From: Nymphaea colorata | Taxonomy: Eukaryota | Direction of reading: 5' to 3' | Length of the DNA: 64,000 nucleotides | Assembly: GCF_008831285.2 (NCBI RefSeq) | Contig: NC_045138.2 | Span: forward strand, 17,360,001 to 17,424,000 | Shown: positions 13,922 to 27,693 of the stretch, piece by piece | Layout of the letters: each line of letters starts with the position of its first letter | Numbering within the stretch: the stretch's first letter is position 1 | Notes under the pieces: model-generated | Told to the model about the DNA's origin: nothing | The model's database searches: none | What the model saw: only the letters and a program-made list of their open reading frames with translations | Made by a program: the position numbers and the translations under genes

Positions 13922-14771
13922 AAGAAGCATGACAGGCGCTTTCTTCATTTTCTTAAGTTCAGTTTAGGGTTCTGTAATAATGAAGATCAGACTATCTTTG
14001 CACTCTTTATGCATGCATGTGTGATTTTACAATCAGATGTGCATTTCTGTTTACTTTATACGTTTTTCCAGGTACTGTGCTGTAGTAGTTGAAGTGTGAC
14101 TCACTATAATATATAGTCAATTAATGCACCTAGTTCTTCACTTCTTAGATTATTAGTTCTTAATTTTTCATTTCTTAGATCATACTAACGCAGCCAAAAC
14201 TCGAAGGGGGTCTAGATTCACAGATGTAAAAGCAGGAGTCGGCTTATAGATCCATTAACCTGATCCGATTAGTCACAATGAGGACCATATAATCAAACCG
14301 CCGTATCCTTTTTTGCAGCCACTCGTAGTTTCCCATATCCAAAATTGAGCAATCATGTTATCTACATGGACCCGATCCGGAGACACGCTGCAGAAAATTG
14401 AACCATCTTGACACGTATCTGGGTTTTGAAAAGTTGATCCATTTAGGTATATGTTCAAGGTTGTGAAACTTTCATACTAATATCTTCCACGACGTTGGGC
14501 TTTCAAGAAAGATATCCATTTTCATGAACAAAAACTCCAAACGGCACTTCCTTTAGGTGTTCGAACCAGAGTCAGATATGATTTGTTAATTCCACATCCT
14601 CCCATTCCAATTTTGATGTTGACACAACCCCGATTTTGATCCGGTTCTGCAAGATCGGTATTTTTATTGGACTTAGTCTTTCGTTCCCACATTGGTTCAA
14701 GTTGGGGAGTAAGAAAACCATTGATAATCTAGTTAATTAGTTTAAGTTCAAGGGAAGTCAAGATTTTCAAC

Positions 14772-14910
14772 CGTCGGAGCATTTTGTGAGTGTTTTATGA
14801 ATCTACCTTAAATATTAAAGTCTATTCATGAAACACTAGTACTAACTTTCTATGAATTTGCACCAATCATTACAGTAGATTCAAAGTATTTCATTTGCCA
14901 AACGAGTCAC
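14772..14910. mobile_element. Degenerate Tourist/PIF-Harbinger-like MITE
   Basis: Ends in CCAAACGAGTC. Related copies at ~34745-34907, ~45680-45820 and ~55865-56000. Appears absent from the homologous flank at ~49570. Confidence 0.45.
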
Positions 14911-15944
14911 GACCATTGAAGGTGGCATAATAGGGTCTGCCTGAGCTCAACTTATTAATTTCCAAAAAATGGTACAAATTAATTTGATTTACCGGCAGAT
15001 TCAAGAGTGTCGCATTGTTGATAACAAAGTAGGATGTATATGAGTTACTTAGGCTGCTTTCCAAGGCATCAGTAAATACATCAAAAGGATAGGATAATGA
15101 AAATCATATATAGATCATATGTGGAAAGACTAAGACTATGCAAAGTATAACCATGATATACATAGTCCATTTATAGGGTGAGCAGAAATTACTAAGGCCC
15201 CCTCCTTCTTCTCTCAGCCCCAAGATTTAGAGCTGCTTTGGTACCAAGTGGTGAGATCTCTACATCGTGCAAGTTATGTTTGGTTAGGTACAACAAAGAC
15301 AATGCCGCTATCATCTTTAGACAAGAACATTGATAACATAAATTGTTTTGACTTAGCAAGTGATCTATACTAAATTATCCAAACACCACTATGGAAACGG
15401 CAAGAGGCGGAGTTAGCCAGGATTTTTGTCTTGTGGGGGCTGAGCGGCCAAATGGAATTACATACATATGATATATACACACTTTGAATATCAAAAAATA
15501 TAAATATCTGAAACATTTTCCCAGGAGCCCATTATAATTTTCTGAAATTCTAACAGAGGAAAAATTATTATTTTTGAATAAAATGACCGGTAAATTTGGA
15601 GTTGAAGTTTCAGTCTAGGAGCTCAAATAGGGGGATGCACCAGGTAGAGTATTATTCACCTACGAAATCCGAATTAAGTTCCAAGTTCTTCAAAATCCAA
15701 ACTCAGTTAATTGAATTCGGTAATTGAAAAGTTGATCAGACGTCTTTTAAAACAACTCATCTGATTCAATTGATCTTTGCCGAATAATAGCGTTTAGAGG
15801 CAATATAGTATCTTGTCCACTACTGCTCATTTGTGGGAGGAGGAAGAGGCGGTGGCCACTACTGTGCGGTGCACGACATCCAGTCCTCGATACACGTTTG
15901 ACCTTACCTGCCAAATACGGAAGGCCACTCTCCGTTGCTTTTCT

Positions 15945-16250
15945 ATTTTTTTTTTAATTTTTGTTTCTTGAATCAGTAAACCAAGATTGATCGGTATTTA
16001 TTGAAAAACAAGATTGATCGGTATTTATTGAAAAACAAGATTGATCGGTACTCGGTAGTTATTGAAAAACAAGATTGATCGGTAGTTATTGGAAAACAAG
16101 ATCGATCTGTACTGTGGCGGTTATCCTTTTTTTTTTTAATTTTTGTTTCTTGAATCAGTAACCCAAGATTGATCGGTCTTTATTGAAAAACAAGGTTGAT
16201 GGGTAGTTATTGGAAATCAAGATCGGTCTGTACTGTGGCGGTTATCCTTT
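15945..16250. repeat. Minisatellite of ~27-bp units (AAGATTGATCGGTATTTATTGAAAAAC) within two higher-order blocks
   Basis: Units abut directly with no unique spacers. The block TTTTTAATTTTTGTTTCTTGAATCAGTAA...TACTGTGGCGGTTATCC occurs twice. Confidence 0.85.
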
Positions 16251-16297
16251 TTTCCCCCGCCTTTTTTCGTTTCAAAAGTCTCGGTTCTAATCTCTGT

Positions 16298-17312
16298 CCC
16301 TAATCCGTCTCTGCAAGGTGCGCACATTCTTTTTCCTCCTCCTTTTGTTTCCTCTCTTTTCCTTGCGAGAATTTTTTTCGGAGACTCTGATCTTTTTTTG
16401 AGGTCGTCTCTCCCTCTCTCTGTTTACTGTCTGCGTGGCGTTCTCCGGGAGCGAAGCTTCGAAGAGGAAGACGAAGCAGTAGGGTTTTAGTCACCCAAAA
16501 TCACCTTCCAGCAGCAGGAAGACCGGCTCCAATCCGTCGGAATCTCCAGTCTCTAGCCGACTGGGTCTGGGGTTCATCGACCGCCGCCGGATCCTTTTCC
16601 CGGTAGGGTTTCGCCCATCTAGTTGTTCTCCACGGGTTTCGATCTCCAGCTGGAGTGGGGTCCCCTACTGCTCCACCTGCTCCTCTGCCTCTCCCTTCTA
16701 CTTTTCACCCGCCTGCACCTCCTCAGCTGGTGTTTTCGCCTGTGCGAAGCTACTGCAACTGCACGGCCGTTTCCTAAGCTTCGCTTCTCGTCTCTCAGGC
16801 CCTAATCTGTCTCTGTAAGGTGGGCGTCCTCTTTTTCTTCCGTCTTTGACATCTTTCTGTTGCCTCTGTTTTTTCCTTGCGTGATTTTTTTTCTGAGAGT
16901 ATCATCTTTTTTTTTTTGGGCGGGGTCACCTCTTCCTCTCTCGTTTTCACTCTCTGTGGGGTTTTCCTGGATCGAAGCTTCGAAGAGGAAGACGAAGCAT
17001 TAGTGTTTCAGTCACCCAGAATCACCCTCCAGCAGCAGGATGTCCAGCTCCAATCCGTTGGAATCGCCCGTCCCTGGCCGACTGGGCCTCGGGTTCATCA
17101 ACCGCCGCCGGATCCTTTTCCCGGTAGGGTTTCGCCCATGTACTAATTCTCCACGGGTTTCGATATCGAGCCTGAGCAGGGGTCTCCTACTGCTCCACCT
17201 GCTCCGCCTCCTCCCTTCTCCTTTTCACCCGCCTTCACCTCCTCAGCTGGTGCTTTGGCCGGTGCGAAGCTACTGCAACTGCGCCGCCACTTTCTAAGCT
17301 TCGTTCTCGTCT
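16298..17312. repeat. Two diverged tandem copies of a ~500-bp GC-rich segment resembling a 5'UTR/first exon
   Basis: CCCTAATC(C/T)GTCTCTG at 16298 and 16800; both copies contain CGCCGCCGGATCCTTTTCCCGGTAGGGTTTCGCCCAT and GTGCGAAGCTACTGCAACTGC. Confidence 0.85.
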
Positions 17313-18806
17313 TTGACATGTAAGTGCCTGATATGTAAGTGCATTTTGCGTGCATCTTTGACAAATTGGAACTCAAGATTCCATGTTTTCTTGGTATATT
17401 TTCTTGAGCCTTCGGAGATGAAACATTGGTTGCTGCATCGGACTGTTGGTTTTGTAATCTTCATTTGCAATTTGAAGTGTTAAAATTTCAAATCATGTGA
17501 CAAAGGACTTTTGATTATGTCTTTGTGCAAAATTTTGGTTTCCTTTCTGCTTTCTCGTCTCTTTGATGGGCATCTATAATTTAAAATTTAAATACTTAAA
17601 TTATTCAAGCTTCTGAATTTTTACCTCTGTTTCATTGAATTCTTAAGCAAGTCAATCAATATTGTCCATTATACTAAATATTGAAAAGACTTTGTTCAAA
17701 GCAGCCAACCTTTGATGGTGATTGTTTTGGTTTTAACCTAGATACAAGAGAACAAACTTTTTCTTCACATGGGCCATAACATGGAATCAGATTTGTTTTC
17801 TCGTTCAAACACTCATATTTTTGTAATATTTTTGTGTTGTACCTTATACCTATTTGACACATACATCAGGGGTTGTTTACTTCTTGAAGACTGGTCAGCT
17901 TGCCTACCTTTTGAAAATGGAAATGTTATAAAACTATTAGTATTTTGTTTGGTCTGGTGCGACAACTTGTTATATATGCCATGTCTTAAGCAACTATGCA
18001 CCATGCTTCATAGTGCAGGTTGTGTGACCAGAATATATCCATATGCTGGTTGCTGAATCCATACTTTTCTTTGGGGAGACAATAAGGGTTCTAAGGAACC
18101 CTTGTCCTACTTTCAGGTGTGAGGCTGATCTTCTTCATCATTGAGTTCCAAGAGGATCCAACAAATATCAGGGACTGTTTGGATGCTTTCCTCAAAAGGA
18201 GCCTTGTATTGACATTAATTGTTGGAGAAGAATTGCTCCCTCAATCTGAAGTAAATAACATTGTTGGTATGCTTGAAGAATTAAAGGTACTCACCATCCA
18301 TCTTTGTTTTCCTTCAAATGTTAGTATTGCTTGAATGCAACATGTTCTCTTTAATATATTGTGAATTTTATGTGTGAATTAGGCTTTATGATAGACATAT
18401 GAAAAAAGTTACAGTTTGCAATCAGTTGCTTTTCTTCCCTGTATTATTTTTCAACAAAACTTTTCTGATTTTAGATATCTTGCATGAGTTTCCTTCGATC
18501 TAGTAATCAATCTTGGACAATTGTTTTGATGAAAAGAAAGAAAAGAACGAACTGGGAGTGGGAGCCTACATCAAAGGTTGCTTGCCCCGAGTTTGATAAG
18601 AGGTCATTCAAACATACTGTCCAATCATATGATAGCAGGTGGTCATCGTTGGCAGGTGGGGGCTGTTGGCAATATAATTGTGCACACATATGCAAAGGGA
18701 GAGAGCTCATGAACAAGCTAGGACTGTTCTTTTAACTTTTCATTGTCCTCCCACGCCTACTCATGAAATTATTACAAAATTAAGTGGGGGGTTGAGACAA
18801 TACTAA

Positions 18807-19030
18807 GGGGGTGTTTGGATGACACCCTCTTCAAACTAGGCTATACATGTTTTGAATCCTTGATCTAAGACCAAAATCCAACAACTAAACCAAGTCGGAA
18901 TAGAATTTTGATCCACAATGTAAATCTTCACTTCAAATTCAACACCAAATCCGAGTCAGATCAGACCTCTGACCCAACCTACTTCATGTATGATCAGTTG
19001 TAAATTTGATTGTTCATCCAAATAACCATC
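18807..19030. mobile_element. Tourist/PIF-Harbinger-like MITE (~224 bp)
   Basis: TAA|GGGGGTGTTTGGATGA ... TCATCCAAATAACCATC|TGA: imperfect TIR with a TAA/TGA target-site-like trinucleotide. Confidence 0.6.
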
Positions 19031-19052
19031 TGATTATTTTTTATATCCACTA

Positions 19053-22000
19053 GAATTGTGAAGATTTAGCCCAACACTCTGAATCCAACGTTTAGGCCAA
19101 TATTTGATTAGACCTTCGATCAACACGGCGGATCTAAAACTGAAATGCAACATCTTAAACCGATCAGATTAGACCTCTGATCAAAGCCTTGTTTTGAAAG
19201 CTCTTCCAACATCTAAACCAGATCAGATTAGACCTCTGGTCTGGAGCAGTGATGCAAAAGTGAAATCTGACATCTAAATCAGATGATGATTGTGCTTGCG
19301 ATCTTGCTTGTTTGTTCATCATTCAAATCCATCATACGAAGCTGATCATATTTCCCATGTGTTTTGAATACTTGAGCTAAAACCAAAACACAACAACTAA
19401 AGTAGGTGAGATTAGATGTTTGATCTACATTGTAAATCTTTATTCCGAATTGAACAACAAATCAGGGTCAGAACAGACCTCTGATCCAACCTACTTCAAG
19501 ATAGATCAATTTGGTCATTCATCAAAATTACCGTCTGATTATATTTTATATCCAATTGTTCTTGTATGATGCAAGTGATGTTATTATATGATTAGATAAA
19601 TGTTTGTTGTAGCATCACTTGTTTGAGAAGTTGGTCGGTAATAGTTTTAGGAAATGAGCTGTAAATGATATGAACGTTGTATGATCTCGAATGGTTCTTT
19701 GTATAGCGTTGGCAAGAAGATTGTTTTATCAACGATTAAGACATGTATTTGTTAGAAAGTTAACTTTGATGTCGCCATCAAAAGAGCTTGAATTGAAGAT
19801 TTCATATTTGATATATGTCTACATGGGAAAATTGGAATATTTATCCTTGGACAAAGATATAATTTCATTACAATGTCCTTCTTGATTGTTTATTCGGATA
19901 TTTGAAAGTTAGGCCACATTATGTCAAGACATGGAATTGTTGAGATTTAGCCCAACATCTGAATCCAACGTTTAGGCCAATATTTGATTAAACCTTCGAT
20001 CCACACGGCGGATCTAAAACTGAAATGCAACATCTGAAACCGATCAGATTAGACCTCTGATCAAAGCCTTGTTTTGAAAGCTCTTCTAACATCTAAACCA
20101 GATCAGATTAGACCTCTGGTCTGGAGCTGTGATGCAAAAGTGAAATCCAACATCTAAATCAAATGATGATTGTGCTTGCGATCTTGCTTGTTTGTTCATC
20201 ATTCAAATCCATCATACGAAGCTGATCATATTTCCTATGTGTTTTGAATCCTTGAGCTAAAACCAAAACATAACAACTAAACTAGGTGAGATTAGATGTT
20301 TGATCTACATTGTAAATCTTTATTCCGAATTGAACAACAAATCAGGGTCAGAACAGACCTCTGATCCAACCTACTTCATGAAAGATCAATTTGGTTGTTC
20401 ATCGAAATTACCGTCTCATTATATTTTATATCCAACAGATCTTGTATGATGCAAGTCATGTTATTATATGATTAGATAAATGTTTGTTGTAGCATCACCT
20501 GTTTGAGAAGTTGGTCGGTAACAGTTTTAGGAAATGAGCTGTAAATGATATGAACGTTGTATGATCTCGAATGGTTCTTTGTATAGCGTCGGCAAGAAGA
20601 TTGTTTTATCAACGATTAAGACATGTATTTGTTAGAAAGTTAACTTTGATGTCGCCATCAAACGAGCTTGTATTGAAGATTTCATATTTGATATATATGT
20701 GTACATGGGAAAATTGGAATATTTATCCTTGGACAAAGATATAATTTCATTACAATGTCCTTCTTGATTGTTTATTCGGATATTTGAAAGTTAGGACACA
20801 TTATGTCAAGACATGGAATTGTTAAGATTTAGCCCAACATCTGAATCCAACGTTTAGGCCAATATTTGATTAGACCTTCGATCCACACGGCGGATCTAAA
20901 ACTGAAATGCAACATCTGAAACCGATCAGATTAGACCTCTGATCAAAGCCTTGTTTTGAAAGCTCTTCCAACATCTAAACCAGATCAGATTAGACCTCTG
21001 GTCTGGAGCAGTGATGCAAAAGTGAAATCCAACATCGAAATCAGATGATGATTGTGCTTGCGATCTTGCTTGTTTGTTCATCATTCAAATCCATCATACG
21101 AAGCTGATCATATTTCCCATGTGTTTTGAATCCTTAGCTAAAACCAAAACACAACAACTAAACTAGGTGAGATTAGATGTTTGATCTACATTGTAAATCT
21201 TTATTCCAAATTGAACAACAAATCTGGGTCAGAACAGACCTCTGATCCAACCTACTTCATGAAAGATCAATTTGGTAGTTCATCAAAATTAATTGTCTGA
21301 TTATATTTTATATCCAAGAGTTCTTGTATGATGCAAGTGATGTTATTATATGATTAGATAAATGTTTGTTGTAGCATCACTTGTTTGAGAAGTTGGTCGG
21401 TAACAGTTTTAGGGAATGAGCTGTAAATGATATGAACTTTGTATGATCTCGAATGGTTCTTTGTATAGCGTTGGCAAGAAGATTGTTTTATCAACGATTA
21501 AGACATGTATTTGTTAGAAAGTTAACTTTCATGTCGCCATCAAAAGAGCTTGTATTGAAGATTTCATATTTGATATATGTCTACATGGGAAAATTGGAAT
21601 ATTTATCCTTGGACAAAGATATAATTTCATTACAATGTCCTTCTTGATTGTTTATTCGGATATTTGAAAGTTATGCCACATTATGTCAAGACATGGAATT
21701 GTTAAGATTTAGCGCAACATCTAAATCCAGCGCTTAGGCCAATATTTGATTAGACCTTCGATCCACACGGCGGATCTAAAACTGAAATGCAACATCTGAA
21801 ACCGATCAGATTAGACCTCTGATCAAAGCCTTGTTTTGAAAGCTCTTCCAACATCTAAACCAGATCAGATTAGACCTCTGGTCTGGAGCAGTGATGCAAA
21901 AGTGAAATGCAACATCTAAATCAAATGATGATTGTGCTTGCGATCTTGCTTGTTTGTTCATCATTCAAATCCATCATACGAAGCTGATCATATTTCCCAT

Positions 22001-25000
22001 GTGTTTTGAATCCTTGTGCTAAAACCAAAACGCAACAACTAAACTTGGTGAGATTAGATGTTTGATCTACATTGTATATCTTTATTCCGAACTGAACAAC
22101 AAATCTGGGTCAGAACAGACCTCTGATCCAACCTACTTCATGAAGCATCAATTTGGTCGTTCATCAAAATTCCCGTCTGATTATATTTTATATCCAACAG
22201 ATCTTTTATGATGCAAGTGATGTTATTATATGATTAGATAAATGTTTGTTGCAGCATCACCTGTTTGAGAAGTTGGTCGGTAACAGTTTTAGGAAATGAG
22301 CTGTAAATGATATGAACGTTGTATGATCTCGAATGGTTCTTTGTATAGCGTAGGCAAGAAGATTGTTTTATCAACGATTAAGACATGTATTTGTTAGAAA
22401 GTTAACTTTGATGTCGCCATCAAAAGAGCGTGTATTGAAGATTTCATATTTGATATATGTCTACATGGGAAAATTGGAATATTTATCCTTGGACAATGAT
22501 ATAATTTCATTACAATGTCTTTCTTGATTGTTTATTCGGATATTTGAAAGTTAGGCCACATTATGTCAAGACATGGAATTGTTAAGATTTAGCGCAACAT
22601 CTGAATCCAGCGCTTAGGCCAATATTTGATTAGACCTTCGATCCACACGGCGGATCTAAAACTGAAATGCAACATCTGAAACCGATCAGATTAGACCTCT
22701 GATCAAATCCTTGTTTTGAAAGCTCTTCCAACATCTAAACCAGATCAGATTAGACCTCTGGTCTGGAGCAGTGATGCAAAACTGAAATCCAACATCTAAA
22801 TCAAATGATGATTGTGCTTGCGATCTTGCTTGTTTGTTCATCATTCAAATCCATCATACGAAGCTGATCATATTTCCCATGTGTTTTGAATCCTTGTGCT
22901 AAAACCAAAACGCAACAACTAAACTTGGTGAGATTAGATGTTTGATCTACATTGTATATCTTTATTCCGAACTGAACAACAAATCTGGGTCAGAACAGAC
23001 CTCTGATCCAACCTACTTCATGAAGCATCAATTTGGTCATTCATCAAAATTACCGTCTGATTATATTTTATATCCAAGAGTTCTTGTATGATGCAAGTGA
23101 TGTTATCATATGATTAGATAAATGTTTGTTGTAGCATCACTTGTTTGAGAAGTTGGTCGGTAACAGTTTTAGGAAATGAGCTGTAAATGATATGAACATT
23201 GTATGATCTCGAATGGTTCTTTGTATAGCGTTGGCAAGAAGATTGTTTTATCAACGATTAAGACATGTATTTGTTAGAAAGTTAACTTTGATGTCGCCAT
23301 CAAAAGAGCTTGTATTGAAGATTTCATATTTGATATATGTCTACATGGGAAAATTGGAATATTTATCCTTGGACAAAGATATAATTTCATTACAATGTCC
23401 TTCTTGATTGTTTATTCGGATATTTGAAAGTTAGGCCACATTATGTCAAGACATGGAATTGTTAAGATTTAGCCCAACATCTGAATCCAACGTTTAGGCC
23501 AATATTTGATTAGACCTTCGATCCACACGGCGGATCTAAAACTGAAATGCAACATCTGAAACCGATCAGATTAGACCTCTGATCAAAGCCTTGTTTTGAA
23601 AGCTCTTCTAACATCTAAACCAGATCAGATTAGACCTCTGGTCTGGAGCAGTGATGCAAAAGTGAAATCTGACATCTAAATCAGATGATGATTGTGCTTG
23701 CGATCTTGCTTGTTTGTTCATCATTCAAATCCATCATACGAAGCTGATCATATTTCCCATGTGTTTTGAATACTTGAGCTAAAACCAAAACACAACAACT
23801 AAACTAGGTGAGATTAGATGTTTGATCTACATTGTAAATCTTTATTCCGAATTGAACAACAAATCTGGGTCAGAACAGACCTCTGATCCAACCTACTTCA
23901 AGAAAGATCAATTTGGTCATTCATCAAAATTACCGTCTGATTATATTTTATATCCAATTGTTCTTGTATGATGCAAGTGATGTTATTATATGATTAGATA
24001 AATGTTTGTTGTAGCATCACTTGTTTGAGAAGTTGGTCGGTAACAGTTTTAGGAAATCAGCTGTAAATGATATGAACGTTGTACGATCTCAAATGGTTCT
24101 TTGTATAGCGTTGGCAAGAAGATTGTTTTATCAACGATTAAGACATGTATTTGTTAGAAAGTTAACTTTGATGTCGCCATCAAAAGAGCTTGTATTGAAG
24201 ATTTCATGTTTGATATATGTCTACATGGGAAAATTGGAATATTTATCCTTGGACAAAGATATAATTTCATTACAATGTCCTTCTTGATTGTTTATTCGGA
24301 TATTTGAAAGTTAGGCCACATTATGTCAAGACATTGAATTGTTAAGATTTAGCCCAACATCTGAATCCAACGTTTAGGCCAATATTTGATTAGACCTTCG
24401 ATCCACACGACGGATCTAAAACTGAAATGCAACATCTGAAACCGATCAGATTAGAGCTCTGATCAAAGCCTTGTTTTGAAAGCTCTTCCAACATCTAAAC
24501 CAGATCAGATTAGACCTCTGGTCTGGAGCAGTGATGCAAAAGTGAAATCCAACATCGAAATCATATGATGATTGTTCTTGCGATCTTGCTTGTTTGTTCA
24601 TCATTCAAATCCATCATACGAAGCTGATCATATTTCCCATGTGTTTTGAATCCTTGAACTAAAACCAAAACGCAACAACTAAACTAGGTGAGATTAGATG
24701 TTTGATCTACATTGTAAATCTTTATTCCGAACTGAACAACAAATCTGGGTCAGAACAGACCTCTGATCCAACCTACTTCATGAAGCATCAATTTGGTCGT
24801 TCATCAAAATTACCGTCTGATTATATTTTATATCCAACAGATCTTGTATGATGCAAGTGATGTTATTATATGATTAGATAAATGTTTGTTGTTGCATCAC
24901 CTGTTTGAGAAGTTGGTCGGTAACAGTTTTAGAAAATGAGCTGTAAATGATATGAACGTTGTATGATCTCGAATGGTTCTTTGTATAGCGTCGGCAAGAA

Positions 25001-27693
25001 GATTGTTTTATCAACGATTAAGACATGTATTTGTTAGAAAGTTAACTTTGATGTCGCCATCAAAAGAGCTTGTATTGAAGATTTCATATTTGATATATGT
25101 CTACATGGGAAAATTGGAATATTTATCCTTGGACAAAGATATAATTTCATTACAATGTCCTTCTTGATTGTTTATTCGGATATTTGAAAGTTAGGCCACA
25201 TTATGTGAAGACATGGAATTGTGAAGATTTAGCCCAACATCTGAATCCAACGTTTAGGCCAATATTTGATTAGACCTTCGATCAACACGGCGGATCTAAA
25301 ACTGAAATGCAACATCTGAAACCGATCGGATTAGACCTTTGATCAAAGCCTTGTTTTGAAAGCTCTTCCAACATCTAAACCAGATCAGATTAGACCTCTG
25401 GTCTGGAGCAGTGATGCAAAAGTGAAATCTGACATCTAAATCAGATGATGATTGTGCTTGCGATCTTGCTTGTTTGTTCATCATTCAAATCCATCATACG
25501 AAGCTGATCATATTTCCCATGTGTTTTGCATCCTTAGCTAAAACCAAAACACAACAACTAAACTAGGTGAGATTAGATGTTTGATCTACATTGTAAATCT
25601 TTATTCTGAATTGAACAACAAATCTGGGTCAGAACAGACCTCTGATCCAACCTACTTAATGAAAGATCAATTTGGTCGTTCATCAAAATTACCGTCTGAT
25701 TATATTTTATATCCAAGAGTTCTTGTATGATGCAAGTGATGTTATTATATGATTAGATAAATGTTTGTTGTAGCATCACTTGTTTGAGAAGTTGGTCGGT
25801 AACAGTTTTAGGAAATGAGCTGTAAATGATATGAACGTTGTATGATCTCGAATGGTTCTTTGTATAGCGTCGGCAAGAAGATTGTTTTATCAACGATTAA
25901 GACATGTATTTGTTAGAAAGTTAACTTTGATGTCGCCATCAAAAGAGCTTGTATTGAAGATTTCATATTTGATATATGTCTACATGGGAAAATTGGAATA
26001 TTTATCCTTGGACAAAGATATAATTTCATTACAATGTCCTTCTTGATTGTTTATTCGGATATTTGAAAGTTAGGCCACATTATGTCAAGACATGGAATTG
26101 TTAAGATTTAGCCCAACATCTGAATCCAACGTTTAGGCCAATATTTGATTAAACCTTCGATCCACACGGCGGATCTAAAACTGAAATGCAACATCTGAAA
26201 CCGATCAGATTAGACGTCTGATCAAAGCCTTGTTTTGAAAGCTCTTCCAACATCTAAACCAGATCAGATTAGACCTCTGGTCTGGAGCAGTGATGCAAAA
26301 GGGAAATCCAACATCGAAATCAGATGATGATTGTTCTTGCGATCTTGCTTGTTTGTTCATCATTCAAATCCATCATACGAAGCTGATCATATTTCCCATG
26401 TGTTTTGAATCCTTGAGCTAATACCATAACGCAACAACTAAACTAGGTGAGATTAGATGTTTGATTTACATTGTAAATCTTTATTCCGAACTGAACAACA
26501 AATCTGGGTCAGAACAGACCTCTGATCCAACCTACTTCATGAAGCATCAGTTTGGTCGTTCATCAAAATTACCGTCTGATTATATTTTATATCCAACAGA
26601 TCTTGTATGATGCAAGTGATGTTATTATATGATTAGATAAATGTTTGTTGTTGCATCACCTGTTTGAGAAGTTGGTCGGTAACAGTTTTAGGAAATGAGC
26701 TGTAAATGATATGAACGTTGTATGATCTCGAATGGTTCTTTGTATAGCGTCGGCAAGAAGATTGTTTTATCAACGATTAAGACCTGTATTTGTTAGAAAG
26801 TTAACTTTGATGTCGCCATCAAAAGAGCTTGAATTGAAGATTTCATATTTGATATTTGTCTACATGGGTAAATTGAAATATTTATCCTTGGACAAAGATA
26901 TAATTTCATTACAATGTCCTTCTTGATTGTTTATTCGGATACTTGAAAGTTAGGCCACATTATGTCAAGACATGGAATTGTTAAGATTTAGCCCAACATC
27001 TGAATCCAACGTTTAGGCCAATATTTGATTAGACCTTCGATCCACACGGCGGATCTAAAACTGAAATGCAACATCTGAAACCGATCAGATTAGACCTCTG
27101 ATCAAAGTCTTGTTTTGAAAGCTCTTCCAACATCTAAACCAGATCAGATTAGACCTCTGGTCTCGAGCAGTGATGCAAAAGTGAAATCCAACATCTAAAT
27201 CAGATGATGATTGTGCTTCCGATCTTGCTTGCTTGTTCATATTTCCCATGTGTTTTGAATCCTTGAGCTAAAACCAAAACGCAACAACTAAACTAGGTGA
27301 GATTAGATGTTTGATCTACATTGTAAATCTTTATTCCGAATTGAACAATAAATCTGGGTCAGAACAGACCTCTGATCCAACCTACTTCATGAAAGATCAA
27401 TTTGGTCGTTCATCAAAATTATCGTCTGATTATATTTTGTATCCAACAGATCTTGTATCATGCAAGTGATGTTATTATATGATTAGATAAATGTTTGTTG
27501 TAGCATCACCTGTTTGAGAAGTTGGTCGGTAACAGTTTTAGGAAATGAGCTGTAAATGATATGAACATTATATGATCTCGAATGGTTCTTTGTATAGCGT
27601 TGGCAAGAAGATTGTTTTATCAACGATTAAGACCTGTATTTGTTAGAAAGTTAACTTTGATGTCGCCATCAAAAGAGCTTGAATTGAAGATTT
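19053..27693. repeat. Tandem array of ~880-bp units (9 complete plus 1 truncated)
   Basis: GAATTGT(T)AAGATTTAGCCCAACATCTGAATCC recurs at ~19053, 19934, 20816, 21695, 22575, 23455, 24336, 25215, 26095, 26975. The same 64-aa pseudo-ORF recurs at multiples of ~880 bp. Confidence 0.97.

Noticed and set aside
15983..16230. CRISPR-like array of ~27-bp repeats
   Set aside because: Units abut without unique spacers, the context is eukaryotic and there are no cas genes; it is a minisatellite.
19282..19350. Box C/D snoRNA in each 880-bp unit (ATGATGA...CTGA)
   Set aside because: No convincing terminal stem and no rRNA/snRNA guide complementarity that I can recognise; such motifs arise by chance in AT-rich DNA. 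A snoscan/Infernal run would settle it.
19691..26926. Repeated 64-aa ORF MVLCIALARR... as a tandem gene family
   Set aside because: It lies in the satellite unit, is frameshifted or stopped in some units (~20571, ~22333) and has no recognisable protein features.
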